In this document: piece by piece, positions 41,486-51,539 of the stretch | How the letters are laid out: the number at the start of each line of letters is the position of its first letter | Position numbering within the stretch: the stretch's first letter is position 1 | DNA from: an uncultured Candidatus Saccharibacteria bacterium | Lineage (GTDB): Bacteria > Patescibacteriota > Minisyncoccia > Phycocordibacterales > UBA9973 | Assembly: GCA_964634365.1 (NCBI GenBank) | Contig: CAZWJU010000001.1 | Location: 167,028 to 231,027 of the forward strand | Length of the DNA: 64,000 nt | Direction of reading: 5' to 3' | Program-made: the position numbers and the translations under genes | Notes under the pieces: generated by a model | Databases searched by the model: none | What the model saw: only the letters and a program-made list of their open reading frames with translations | What the model was told of the DNA's origin: nothing

Positions 41486-42124
41486 TTATTCTGCAGCCTC
41501 TGCGCCTTCTTCGTCTTCTTTTTTACCTTTCTTTTCAACTTCTATTGCTGATAGATCAACTGGAGCTTCTTCTTTTTCTTCTTGCATAGGAGTAACTAGT
41601 GCGACAACTTCTTCTGGATCGGAAACCAAAGTAACACCGTTTGGCAAAGATATGTCTTTAGCGTGGATTTGGTCTTCTAGAGTCTTTAGAGAGCTCAAGT
41701 CTACATGCAATTCTTGTGGTAGATCCTTTGGTAGAGCACTGATTTCAACTTCATGCATAACCTTTACCAATGTACCCAAACCTTCTTTAACAGCATCTGA
41801 TATACCATCGAATTCTATAGGAACATTTACTGTAACAGCTTTGTTTGTATCGATAGCTAGAAAATCTACGTGTATAGGCGCTCCGCTAACTGGGTCAGTT
41901 TGCAGGTCGTGTATAAGTGTAGCCACTTCTCCGTCTGGAGTTTCGAGTGTTACCTGTGAAGACTCTCCTGCCTCTCTCCACACTTTTTTGAAAGCATTCA
42001 TATCAACTGTTATAGGTGTTGACTGTTTATTAAAACCATAAAAAACAGCTGGTATTTTGCCTTCGTTTCTAATATCTATTAGTTTGTCTGTAGCCTTTCG
42101 AGCTAATGCATTAAGTTTAAACAT
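41486..42124 (-). CDS. rplY: 50S ribosomal protein L25/Ctc
   Basis: IPAVFYG, HVDF, LPKDLP, acidic tail. Confidence 0.94.
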   Translation of the reverse strand: MFKLNALARKATDKLIDIRNEGKIPAVFYGFNKQSTPITVDMNAFKKVWREAGESSQVTLETPDGEVATLIHDLQTDPVSGAPIHVDFLAIDTNKAVTVNVPIEFDGISDAVKEGLGTLVKVMHEVEISALPKDLPQELHVDLSSLKTLEDQIHAKDISLPNGVTLVSDPEEVVALVTPMQEEKEEAPVDLSAIEVEKKGKKEDEEGAEAAE

Positions 42125-42166
42125 ACCAAGCTAGTATACTCAAAAAATTAAAATTGTAAAGCTTTA

Positions 42167-43903
42167 TTAGGAAGAGTGCCCCACGGTTGGACCATTTGGG
42201 CTAATAATATGGCTTTCTAGATAATTTTTATCCTCAAAAACTTTTTTATGTGGATTAAATATACCTTTTGGATCAAAAGTCTTCTTTATAGACTCAAAAA
42301 GAGAGCAGACTTCGGGACCATACATTTTCTTCAAAAATGGGGTTCTAATCAGGCCATCGTTGTGCTCTGCGTCTATTGAACCATGATATGAGAGCACAAG
42401 ATCGTAAACCTTTTCAGAGAGTTCCATTATGATGGGTCTAGTCTTTGGATCATTGAAGTCCATCAGTGGGATAATATGAAAGTTACCATTGCCAGCATGG
42501 CCCGCAATTGTATAAGTAATACTCTTGTACTGATTTAAGATTGTGTTTAGTTTTGGTAAAAATTCTGGCAAATGTTCTGGTCGGACAATTATGTCATCTA
42601 TAAAAGGAGCAGTCCTGCGACCTTTTACATGCTTGCGAAGTAGAGCAAAACTATCTCTGCGTATTGTCCAATACTTTTCTGCTTCTTGTGTGCTTTTTGT
42701 AACCCGTCCTCGTAACTTAAATGGAGTAAGTTTATTCAAGACATCTCTGCATTGTGAGTCCAGTTCTTCTTCGGTACTGCCAGTATATTCGATTAGTAAA
42801 ATCAATTTTGGAACACCTCCGGTGAGTATGAGCCACAATTCAGGCAAAAAAGACAAACCGAATTTTATAGTTCCAAAAAATCCCTTGGTTTTAATAAAGT
42901 CCATGAAAAATCTAACAGCAAGCATAAAAGTCTTGTTGTCGTAACTTTCTATGGACTCTGGATTTGTTTCAAGTATTGTATCTACAACCTCGCCCAACCT
43001 ATCTAGTTTATCTAAAAACACTACAGCAAGCTTTGAGGACATAGGTTTTTCTACTAGATAAAAAGTTATTTCTGTATTTATACCAAGTGTCCCCTGGGAG
43101 CCAACTAGTAGTTTTGTAAGATCAAAAATATTTTCTTGTTCGTTTGTATTTTTCTTTAAAACATTCCAAATATAGTAGCCTGCTGAATTTTTTGAAACAT
43201 TTGGACGTGCGGCGTCGATTGTAGCCTGATTGTTTTCTATAAGCTCAAAAATCTTTTTATGAACTTGCCCTTCTATATCAACCTGTGCAATTTTCGAATA
43301 TAGCTCTCTTCTATTTTCTGGAGCAATATTGTATGTGTGACCATCGGATAAAACAGTACGCAGACTTGCTACATAGTCTTCAGTCTTTCCATACCTTAGT
43401 GTAAGTTCCCCACCAGAATTGTTTCCGACCATTCCACCAACTGCGTTTATGCTTTTAGATGCTGTATAGGAAGGTAGTAGCAGATTCAACTTTTCTGCCT
43501 CTTTTTCAAAATCTCTATAAAAACATCCAGGTTCAACTACTGCCTTGCCCACAACTGTAACCGGCTTTGCCCCAGGAAAAAGAGGCTGGATAGTAAACGG
43601 GATTACTCGTTCAATTTTCTTGATCTTGTTCATGTACTTTGTGAAGTCCATGATTATGGATTCGTTTAGAGGACCTCCTGACATACAAGTGCCCGCTGCA
43701 CGCGCAGTAAGAGATAGGTCTGGATACTTTGACTTGTTGTCGTTTACCCATTGAACAAGATTTTCTATATCTTTTTCATTTTTAGGAAATACAACTAATT
43801 TTGGATGAACTTCAAAAAGACTCGCGTCATGCGAATATTTAATAAGCGTCTCCGCACTATCATCTACATCACCTTCAAAAAACTTTTTTATTTCGTCTTT
43901 CAT
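42167..43903 (-). CDS. FAD-linked oxidoreductase (D-lactate/glycolate dehydrogenase-like)
   Basis: AAGTCMSG, GGMVGNNSGG, GSQGTLG, GHAGNGNFH, EHNDG, FDPKGIFNP. Confidence 0.88.
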   Translation of the reverse strand: MKDEIKKFFEGDVDDSAETLIKYSHDASLFEVHPKLVVFPKNEKDIENLVQWVNDNKSKYPDLSLTARAAGTCMSGGPLNESIIMDFTKYMNKIKKIERVIPFTIQPLFPGAKPVTVVGKAVVEPGCFYRDFEKEAEKLNLLLPSYTASKSINAVGGMVGNNSGGELTLRYGKTEDYVASLRTVLSDGHTYNIAPENRRELYSKIAQVDIEGQVHKKIFELIENNQATIDAARPNVSKNSAGYYIWNVLKKNTNEQENIFDLTKLLVGSQGTLGINTEITFYLVEKPMSSKLAVVFLDKLDRLGEVVDTILETNPESIESYDNKTFMLAVRFFMDFIKTKGFFGTIKFGLSFLPELWLILTGGVPKLILLIEYTGSTEEELDSQCRDVLNKLTPFKLRGRVTKSTQEAEKYWTIRRDSFALLRKHVKGRRTAPFIDDIIVRPEHLPEFLPKLNTILNQYKSITYTIAGHAGNGNFHIIPLMDFNDPKTRPIIMELSEKVYDLVLSYHGSIDAEHNDGLIRTPFLKKMYGPEVCSLFESIKKTFDPKGIFNPHKKVFEDKNYLESHIISPNGPTVGHSS

Positions 43904-44637
43904 TTAGATCCTTCTATTATATCTAAAACATCCTTTGCAGAATTTTCTCCGATAAATCTTTCAAAAAGATGTAGATTGTCTAGATTGTATAAAATAGCAA
44001 CAACAGAAATTATAGAGACCACAAAGGCTGCTTTCAATACCGAGCCCAAAAGAAAACCAACAGAAGGGATCACTGTCACAGTTGCCAACAAAATAAACAT
44101 AAAGAAAAATATTAAAAACCACTGAAAAACTGGAATTCGTTCCTGAAAAATCATAACCATATTTTTTCTGAGAACCTGACAATCACCTAAGTTAGACAAG
44201 ATTCTTCCTAGAGACTGGTTTCTTAGACTTTCTTGTTTTTCATTGCCGATTTCAGTCTCTAAAATATCATGCATCCTAGTTATAGTGTTTGATTTATGGG
44301 TAAAATGATAATCCCATGATTTAGAATCAACCACTTTCTGATAATGATCTTTTATTATTTCTCCAAATTTATCTTGTATAGATTTGGAAATATTTCCAGA
44401 AACTCTATAGATTCCCGACATCTTACCGTCAAATGTACTTATAATCTCACGAATTTTTGTATATCGATTGCCCTGTCTTGTAATAAAAAATCCTGTAAAA
44501 ATCGAGAAGAAGAAAGTGGTAATAGTTATAAAAACTCTATCTGTATTTTCAGCACCAACAGGCACAGTAAAATATATGTATGACAAGATAATAAAAAGCA
44601 GGATCAATGCTATTTCAATTTTGTTGCGTATATGCAT
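43900..44637 (-). CDS. Hypothetical membrane protein (4 TM)
   Basis: 2+2 TM with helical linker; ATGA overlap with the next gene. Confidence 0.75.
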   Translation of the reverse strand: MHIRNKIEIALILLFIILSYIYFTVPVGAENTDRVFITITTFFFSIFTGFFITRQGNRYTKIREIISTFDGKMSGIYRVSGNISKSIQDKFGEIIKDHYQKVVDSKSWDYHFTHKSNTITRMHDILETEIGNEKQESLRNQSLGRILSNLGDCQVLRKNMVMIFQERIPVFQWFLIFFFMFILLATVTVIPSVGFLLGSVLKAAFVVSIISVVAILYNLDNLHLFERFIGENSAKDVLDIIEGSK

Positions 44638-44641
44638 AAAC

Positions 44642-45508
44642 TTATTGAATATGATTAAATAATTTTAATCTATTTTCTACCACCTCTTCTATCGCGTCTA
44701 CTGCTGGCCCAAGAATTTTTGATGGATTTATCTCGTTTGGATTTATATCTATACTTTCATCTACAGCATCTCTAAAAGCAAGTCTGATTTCTGAGTTTAT
44801 GTGTACAACTGAAATCCCAGCCTTGATCGCATTTGTAAAATCTTCATCACGCAAGCCTGAGCCACCATGGAGCACGAGCGGTATTTTTACAGTATCTTTT
44901 ATTGTCTTTACGAGACCTGCGTCGATATGAGGCTTGCCACTTTTTATAAGTCCATGAATTGAACCTACTGACGGAGCAAACATATCTATACCTGTACTTT
45001 CAACAAATCTTTTCGCATCTTCAGGTTTCGTTAAAACTCCTGCACCTTCTGGAATAGAATCTTTTATATCAGAACCGGATCCAATATATCCAAGCTCAGC
45101 TTCGACTAAAATATCACGACCAGTATTTTTACTAACTTCGCGAGCATAGTCTACACACTGTTTTGTGATTTTTACATTTTCATCGAAAGATAATTTTGCT
45201 CCATCAAATATGACCATATCAAATCCAGCGTCTATGCATGCTTTGACCGATTCAAAAGACGCATGATGATCAGCATTTAGAAAAATAGGATAACTGTCGC
45301 GTTCACGAATAGTTTTTACGAGCGCTGCGACTTCTTCGAGTCCAGCAAATTTTTGCTCTCCTTCTGATACACCAATTATTACTGGGAGACTAAGTTTCTT
45401 GGCTGCGTTGTATATTCCATGTAGAGCTTCTAAATTTGAAATATTGAAGTGACCAACAGCAACACCACGATTATCTGCTTCCTGTATGTATTCTCGTAAA
45501 TTTTTCAT
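44642..45508 (-). CDS. fba: Class II fructose-bisphosphate aldolase
   Basis: NADH, FDGA, VEAELG, GSIHG, LVLHGGSG. Confidence 0.92.
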   Translation of the reverse strand: MKNLREYIQEADNRGVAVGHFNISNLEALHGIYNAAKKLSLPVIIGVSEGEQKFAGLEEVAALVKTIRERDSYPIFLNADHHASFESVKACIDAGFDMVIFDGAKLSFDENVKITKQCVDYAREVSKNTGRDILVEAELGYIGSGSDIKDSIPEGAGVLTKPEDAKRFVESTGIDMFAPSVGSIHGLIKSGKPHIDAGLVKTIKDTVKIPLVLHGGSGLRDEDFTNAIKAGISVVHINSEIRLAFRDAVDESIDINPNEINPSKILGPAVDAIEEVVENRLKLFNHIQ

Positions 45509-45561
45509 ATACACAGTATACCCTATAGAATAATCAGCTCAAACTTTGTTATAATACTCGT

Positions 45562-46569
45562 ATGTTATTCAGCAAAAAACCATATGACTTTGTAGCAATC
45601 GGCGACGTAGTAACCGATGCATTTATTCGCCTAAAAGATGCTTCGACACATTGCAAGCTTGATCAGAGTGCGTGCGAGTTGTGTGTACGTTTTGGAGATA
45701 AAGTTCCATTTGAATCTGTAGAGGTAATACCTGCAGTAGGAAACTGCGCAAACGCTGCTGTTTCCGCAAGTCGCCTTGGTTTAAAAAGTGCTCTTATATC
45801 AACAGTTGGAGATGATCAAAATGGAAAAGAGTGTCTAATGGCCCTAGAAAAAAATAGGGTTTCAACAGACTACATGAGAGTAAATAGCGAATATCCTACA
45901 AACTATCATTATGTACTGTGGTATGACGTAGAGAGAACAATACTTGTAAAGCATGCGCCTTTCCCTCACTCTCTGCCTAAAAATATGCCTGGACCTAAAT
46001 GGATATATCTAACATCGCTTGGCGACAACTCTGTAGATTTCCACGAAGAGATTGCAGGATATCTAAAATCTCACCCAGAAACAAAACTCGCATTTCAGCC
46101 TGGAACTTTTCAAATTAAACTTGGTACAGAAAAATTAAAAGATATATATTCTGTTACAGAAATATTTTTCTGTAATGTCGAAGAAGCACAGAGAATTTTA
46201 AATTCACAAGAATCTGATAAATTGAAACTTATGGACATGCTCCACACTCTTGGTCCAAAGATAGTTGTGATGACAGACGGGATAAACGGAGCTTATGCAC
46301 GCGAAGAATCCGGCACAAGTTGGTTTATGCCTGTATATCCACACACACCATTTGAACGTACTGGAGCTGGTGACGCATTTGAATCTACGATTGCATCAGC
46401 TCTTGCTATGGGAAAAACTCTCAAAGAAGCTTTGTACTGGGCTCCTATAAACGCGATGTCTGTAACACTACAAGTGGGCGCACAAAAAGGACTCCTAACA
46501 AAAAATCAAATTGAAGAAAAATTAGCACAAGCACCTGCTGACTACAAACTAAAAAACTTGCGAAACTAA
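45562..46569 (+). CDS. PfkB-family carbohydrate kinase
   Basis: GNCANAAV..SRLG, CNVEEA, TGAGDAF. Confidence 0.9.
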   Translation: MLFSKKPYDFVAIGDVVTDAFIRLKDASTHCKLDQSACELCVRFGDKVPFESVEVIPAVGNCANAAVSASRLGLKSALISTVGDDQNGKECLMALEKNRVSTDYMRVNSEYPTNYHYVLWYDVERTILVKHAPFPHSLPKNMPGPKWIYLTSLGDNSVDFHEEIAGYLKSHPETKLAFQPGTFQIKLGTEKLKDIYSVTEIFFCNVEEAQRILNSQESDKLKLMDMLHTLGPKIVVMTDGINGAYAREESGTSWFMPVYPHTPFERTGAGDAFESTIASALAMGKTLKEALYWAPINAMSVTLQVGAQKGLLTKNQIEEKLAQAPADYKLKNLRN

Positions 46570-46615
46570 TTTGACGTTTTCAAAATACAGTAGTACAATT
46601 CGAAAAAAGTAAAAA

Positions 46616-47116
46616 ATGGTTTTAAATGAAGGTAATTTGAAACGCCTATCCTCTGACTCAGCGGATAGAGCTATAGATTTTTGCATTAAAGCAAGTGAAG
46701 GTAAAACCAATATAGTTGGTGGAAGATTTAAAATATTTCTGCCTTATATTGAATCTCTCGGAGAAGTGTCGTTGCGTTGGAAAGAAATCAATCGCGATAT
46801 AGTATGCAAGGAAGCAATCTTGCGAACGCTTTTGCGAGATATTGATACAGAACTTGAAATCAGAAAAGTTCTTGTGTGGCACCTGAACGATGTGAATATT
46901 TTTCTCGACATCTGTGGGATGAAAAAATCCCGCCTTTCAAAGAAAGACAAGACCAAAGCCGAGTATATCGAATGTATAATTGCTGATTTGAAAATCTCAA
47001 AGCAATATCTCCAAGCACAGCTGAAAAACATAGAGGAAAAAATATTCTCCATGAAAACAGAACAGGAACATTCGCACTGTGTACTTGTAGAGATGAGAGA
47101 TAGATTGCTAAACTAA
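46616..47116 (+). CDS. Hypothetical helical protein with own promoter and terminator
   Basis: 166-aa ORF; TTGACG-17-TACAAT upstream; hairpin AAAGGTCCCA/TGGGACCTTT downstream. Confidence 0.7.
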   Translation: MVLNEGNLKRLSSDSADRAIDFCIKASEGKTNIVGGRFKIFLPYIESLGEVSLRWKEINRDIVCKEAILRTLLRDIDTELEIRKVLVWHLNDVNIFLDICGMKKSRLSKKDKTKAEYIECIIADLKISKQYLQAQLKNIEEKIFSMKTEQEHSHCVLVEMRDRLLN

Positions 47117-47144
47117 CAAAGGTCCCACTTGGGACCTTTTAATT

Positions 47145-48134
47145 TTATCTCTTCAATATTTTCTCAATAGCATCTTTGATAGCATCTTTACCCATACCAT
47201 AATGCTCTATAAGCTCATTTGGAGTTCCAGACTGACCAAACTTATCTTTGACTCCTACAAATTCTATTGGCACCGGGAACTCTTCAGCTAAAACTTCAGC
47301 AACAGCAGAACCCATCCCGGCGCTTGCCTGGTGCTCTTCTACTGTAACTATTTTTTTTGTCTCTTTTGCGAGCGCCACAACTCCCTCACGATCAATAGGT
47401 TTTATAGTTGCTAAATTCATAACCTTTACCTTAATCCCCTTTTTTTCCAAATCGCGTGCTGCAAGTAGAGCATTGCGAACAAGAGCGCCTGTTGCAATCA
47501 CTCCAACATGAGCCACTCCCTCTGGTTCATAAAAAATCTGTGATCTACCAATTTGAAACGGGGTTTCGTCTGTAGTCATGATACCAGTCTTCTCGCGAGC
47601 AAGACGCAAATATGCAGGTTTACCAATTTTCGATAAAGCCACTGTCGCCTTGCGAGCCTCTATCGCATCGCATGGAGAGACCACGATCATGTTTGGCATT
47701 GCGCGCATGATTGCAATATCTTCGATCGCTTGATGTGTTCCACCGTCTGGTCCAACAGACACTCCAGCATGAGAGCCGACTATTACTACAGGTCTATCGT
47801 TGTAAGCTATGGTCGTACGAATCTGCTCCCAGTTTCTACCCGGACTAAACATCGCATAAGACGAACAAAAAGGGATCTTGCCCATCGCAGCCATACCAGA
47901 AGCTACTGTTACAAGATTTTGCTCAGCAACACCTATTTCTATAAATCTATCTGGAAATTTACTTTTAAATTTATCCATCTTGGTACTCTCGGTTAAGTCA
48001 GCACATAGGGCGACAACCCGATTGTTTTCTTCGGCTGCTTTTACAAGCCCATCTCCAAATCCCGCACGAATCGGAACTTGCTCCACATCGTCGTTCCAAA
48101 CTTTTGTGTTTAGTTTTAGTTTAGGGTTTAGCAT
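47145..48134 (-). CDS. Transketolase, C-terminal subunit
   Basis: GVAEQN, GPDGGTHQ, YLRLAR, TVEEH; start may be 48134 or 48149. Confidence 0.92.
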   Translation of the reverse strand: MLNPKLKLNTKVWNDDVEQVPIRAGFGDGLVKAAEENNRVVALCADLTESTKMDKFKSKFPDRFIEIGVAEQNLVTVASGMAAMGKIPFCSSYAMFSPGRNWEQIRTTIAYNDRPVVIVGSHAGVSVGPDGGTHQAIEDIAIMRAMPNMIVVSPCDAIEARKATVALSKIGKPAYLRLAREKTGIMTTDETPFQIGRSQIFYEPEGVAHVGVIATGALVRNALLAARDLEKKGIKVKVMNLATIKPIDREGVVALAKETKKIVTVEEHQASAGMGSAVAEVLAEEFPVPIEFVGVKDKFGQSGTPNELIEHYGMGKDAIKDAIEKILKR

Positions 48135-48135
48135 T

Positions 48136-48999
48136 TTATTGATGTTCACTTTTAATCTTGCCTCCTAAAGTTCGGAGCTCTTTTAATGCCATATCTGCTT
48201 GTTCTTTGTTTGGTGGTATGCCGTGCCATTTGAAATCTCTTTCAAAATCTTTTACTCCCTTGCCTGGAATTGTACGGGCGATTATTACGGACGGTTTTTC
48301 ATATACAGCTTTTGCCTTCATAATCGCAGAATCTACCATTTCAAAATTTTGCCCATCTACTTCTTGGACATGCCAATTGAAACTCTCAAACTTTTTCACT
48401 AAATCATCTAGTGGCATTATGTCTTCGGTATAACCATCTATTTGAATATTGTTTCTATCTACTATAGCGATTATGTTGTGGAGTCGCTCTTTTGCGCCGA
48501 GCATTACCGCCTCCCAATTATTCCCTTCGTTTAGCTCTCCATCACCTAAAAGGCAGTAAAAATATTTATCGCTCCGATTACCAGAATCGATCCTCTCAGC
48601 CAGAGCCATGCCGATAGTTTGCGACAAACCAGAACCAAGTGGCCCGGAGCTGGTCTCAAGCCACGGCATAAATTCGCGATGCGGATGACCTTGCAGACGA
48701 GAACCAAATTTTCGAAGGGTCTTCAATTCTTCAACTGGAAAATACCCGGCGTGCGCCATTGTTGCATAATACACAGGACAAATATGTCCATTTGAAAGCA
48801 CGAGTCGATCACGCTCTAGCCAGTCAGGTTTTTTAGGATCATGTTTTAGTGTATTGAAAAAAAGTAGAGTAAAAATATCTGCCATACCAAGTGGACCAGC
48901 AGTGTGTCCACTTCCTGCTTCTACGAGCATTTCAATAATAGACTTACGTATATCGTTCGCCTTTAACTCTAGCTCTTCGATTTTTTTATCACTCAACAT
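48136..48999 (-). CDS. Transketolase, N-terminal subunit
   Basis: AGSGH, LSNGH, LQGHP, GDGE..EG..WEA ThDP motif. Confidence 0.93.
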   Translation of the reverse strand: MLSDKKIEELELKANDIRKSIIEMLVEAGSGHTAGPLGMADIFTLLFFNTLKHDPKKPDWLERDRLVLSNGHICPVYYATMAHAGYFPVEELKTLRKFGSRLQGHPHREFMPWLETSSGPLGSGLSQTIGMALAERIDSGNRSDKYFYCLLGDGELNEGNNWEAVMLGAKERLHNIIAIVDRNNIQIDGYTEDIMPLDDLVKKFESFNWHVQEVDGQNFEMVDSAIMKAKAVYEKPSVIIARTIPGKGVKDFERDFKWHGIPPNKEQADMALKELRTLGGKIKSEHQ

Positions 49000-49018
49000 C
49001 TATAAAGATATTATAACA

Positions 49019-49717
49019 CTATCCTAGATTTTTTAGCGCGCTTATAACAGCACGGGGGTCAGTAGACTTCCAAATCACAGAACCAACCACAAGTGTATTC
49101 GCTCCAGCTTCTATTATTTTCGGTGCAGTTTCTAAATTTACAGAACCATCTACACTAATAGACAAATCTTTGTACTGATTTCTGATAGTGCGTATCCTAT
49201 CCAAAACACGCTCATCGAATTCTTCACCTTGGAATCCAATCTTTTTAATCCCCATTAGCTGAACAAAATCTACATAATTCAAAAAAGGATATACAACCTC
49301 AATAGGAGTGTCGTTTCCTATCGAAATACCAATCTTCAAAATTTCACGAGTATACATATCTATTCCTTCTAAAAAATTCTTGAAATTATCTCCATCTCGG
49401 TCTTCTGCTTCTAGATGAAATATGATTCTCTTTACTCCCATTTTTATAAAAGTATCAAACTGTTTTTCAGAGTTTCTAACCATCAGGTCAAATTCAAAAT
49501 CTACTCTATCCCAAAAAGGCAAGCCTTCTTCTTCGGCTAAAATTTGTTCGAACTGATAATCATCGTTTCCATTGTATGGCCAAGTCGTATCTGGTACAAA
49601 ATCTCCATCCATCAAATCTAGCTGGACACTAGAAACCAAATCGAATACTAATCCGACTTTTGATTTTATATCTTCAATACCTTTCGGCATTATTGCGGGG
49701 ATTATCTCTATGCTCAT
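49019..49717 (-). CDS. rpe: Ribulose-phosphate 3-epimerase (divergent)
   Basis: QLDLMDGDFV, GFQG, VDGSV, LVVGS; start set at MSIEI. Confidence 0.85.
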   Translation of the reverse strand: MSIEIIPAIMPKGIEDIKSKVGLVFDLVSSVQLDLMDGDFVPDTTWPYNGNDDYQFEQILAEEEGLPFWDRVDFEFDLMVRNSEKQFDTFIKMGVKRIIFHLEAEDRDGDNFKNFLEGIDMYTREILKIGISIGNDTPIEVVYPFLNYVDFVQLMGIKKIGFQGEEFDERVLDRIRTIRNQYKDLSISVDGSVNLETAPKIIEAGANTLVVGSVIWKSTDPRAVISALKNLG

Positions 49718-50160
49718 TGTCCTTGGTCTATTTTTATAATTCTGCGAACATGACGCTCGTCGCCTGAAAAAGGCCTCTCTAACCACAGACGCACTGCTTC
49801 CATAACCTCACTTTCTAGTACCATTCGAGCTCCGATAGATAAAACATTTGAATCATTGTGTTCTCGTGATAGAGCTATGATATCAAGAGCGCCTCCATAA
49901 TACACACATGCTCTGACACCCTCTATGCGGTTCGCAACTATTGCCTCACCTTCTCCAGAACCACCAAGTACTATGCCTCGCGCTCCGCTTTCACCAGCCA
50001 CAGCGAGTGCTACTGGTCGACAAAAATCTGGATAATCATCTGCTGAATCGTAAACATGCGCACCAAGATCAACCGCCTCGTGACCAAGTGATTCTATAAA
50101 TGGCTTCAGCTTCTCTTTTAGTTCAAACCCTGCATGATCTGTTCCTAAGTATATTTTCAT
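49714..50160 (-). CDS. rpiB: Ribose-5-phosphate isomerase B
   Basis: DHAGFELK, DDYPD, GGSGEGE, REHNDSN, RHVRRI. Confidence 0.93.
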   Translation of the reverse strand: MKIYLGTDHAGFELKEKLKPFIESLGHEAVDLGAHVYDSADDYPDFCRPVALAVAGESGARGIVLGGSGEGEAIVANRIEGVRACVYYGGALDIIALSREHNDSNVLSIGARMVLESEVMEAVRLWLERPFSGDERHVRRIIKIDQGQ

Positions 50161-50170
50161 GTCTATATTT

Positions 50171-50482
50171 TTAATTTATATCTTTTGGTCGAATCTCTCC
50201 TACTAAATATTCCTCTCTATCTAATGGTCCGTCGTCGCTAAGCTTGAAAGAGGTATTCAAATCTTCTGGTTGAACATTTTTCAAAAGTGACTTTGTTATC
50301 CCATCCTCTTCAAAAAATTCAAGCTCATAGCTTACACCAAGCTTTGAATTAAAATATTTTTTTACCAAATTTGTCCCGGCTTCGCCTGTTTTTATAACTC
50401 TCATCTTTGCCGGAGCTTCACTTGGATTACTTGTCGGTGCTGTTTTTTTATTGAAATTAAAATTGAAATTAAGTCCCATCAT
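50171..50482 (-). CDS. Hypothetical protein
   Basis: 103-aa ORF tightly packed in the operon. Confidence 0.6.
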   Translation of the reverse strand: MMGLNFNFNFNKKTAPTSNPSEAPAKMRVIKTGEAGTNLVKKYFNSKLGVSYELEFFEEDGITKSLLKNVQPEDLNTSFKLSDDGPLDREEYLVGEIRPKDIN

Positions 50483-50487
50483 ATATA

Positions 50488-51078
50488 TTAGTTTAACGTT
50501 TCTTCTAAAATAATTTTTCTGCTAAAGCCCCCTCTTTTCTCAAACTTTTCCAGTCTTCTAAAATCTATCTCTTGTTTTGAAAAACCTTTATAGGCAATAA
50601 TCGCATCCAAGACTTCTAATACATCTGCAACTTCATCTATATTCTTGTCTTTTGCTAGCTCAGAAGCTTCTTCTTGGAGTTTTGTAAAAAGTTTATCTTC
50701 ATACTCTAGATCATCTGCAATATGAGTCTTGAAATCAACTCCGTTACTAGCGAGATGCTCTGGTATCAGATCTCTGACTAACTTATTGTAAGAAACTTTA
50801 ACCATATCTCCTATTTGAACCGCTGACATCTCGGCTTGTTCATTGTGTGTACTTATCTCATGTTTTGGCAACAGTAGAGATATAAAATAAGACAAGATAA
50901 AAGAATTGATCGCCAAAAGAATTGTTTCAAATATATTTCTGATTGTAATACTGTCTATAAAATTCCCTATTGAACTACTTTCTCCTACATTATATGCAAC
51001 TAAAACAACAGTCCCCCCTAACAAGAAGACTACAAGCCAAGAAATCAAGTGTTTTTTTGTTGGATGCATGATATCCAT
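50488..51078 (-). CDS. MazG-like nucleotide pyrophosphohydrolase with N-terminal 2-TM region
   Basis: C-terminal YNKLVRDLIP, KLQEEASE, EVADVLEV, KRGGF. Confidence 0.75.
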   Translation of the reverse strand: MDIMHPTKKHLISWLVVFLLGGTVVLVAYNVGESSSIGNFIDSITIRNIFETILLAINSFILSYFISLLLPKHEISTHNEQAEMSAVQIGDMVKVSYNKLVRDLIPEHLASNGVDFKTHIADDLEYEDKLFTKLQEEASELAKDKNIDEVADVLEVLDAIIAYKGFSKQEIDFRRLEKFEKRGGFSRKIILEETLN

Positions 51079-51139
51079 AGTTTATATAGAATAGTCTACC
51101 AAGAGCTATTTTATATAGCAACAAAAAAAGACTACTGTA

Positions 51140-51469
51140 TTATCTTGCAATAGTCTTAAATTCTTTATGCTTTTGTTTGAGAATTATGGTTGTAAACATC
51201 CTATAATACTCAGTCAGCATATAAATACACTCGTGCTCGTTCCCACCTGTTTCCTCGATTATCTCGTTCCAATAAAGAAAATAGTATGTCTCAAGTTTAA
51301 CGGGAAAAGTCGGGTTTCCCATTCCGCAAAAAATGTAGGAATATTCCTCATCCACATAACTCATACCATCTTCAGCCCACACTCTCTCAAAATGATAAAC
51401 CAATTCTCTGTTTTCAAAATAAAGATAATAAAGAACGTTGACGATATTGCACTTAATATCCTGTTCCAT
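51140..51469 (-). CDS. Hypothetical Tyr/Glu-rich protein
   Basis: 109-aa ORF co-oriented with neighbours. Confidence 0.5.
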   Translation of the reverse strand: MEQDIKCNIVNVLYYLYFENRELVYHFERVWAEDGMSYVDEEYSYIFCGMGNPTFPVKLETYYFLYWNEIIEETGGNEHECIYMLTEYYRMFTTIILKQKHKEFKTIAR

Positions 51470-51539
51470 TTTATTTTTTTAATACTATATCAACAAATTT
51501 AAAAATACCCTAACTGAGGGTATTTTTAAATTTGTTGAG

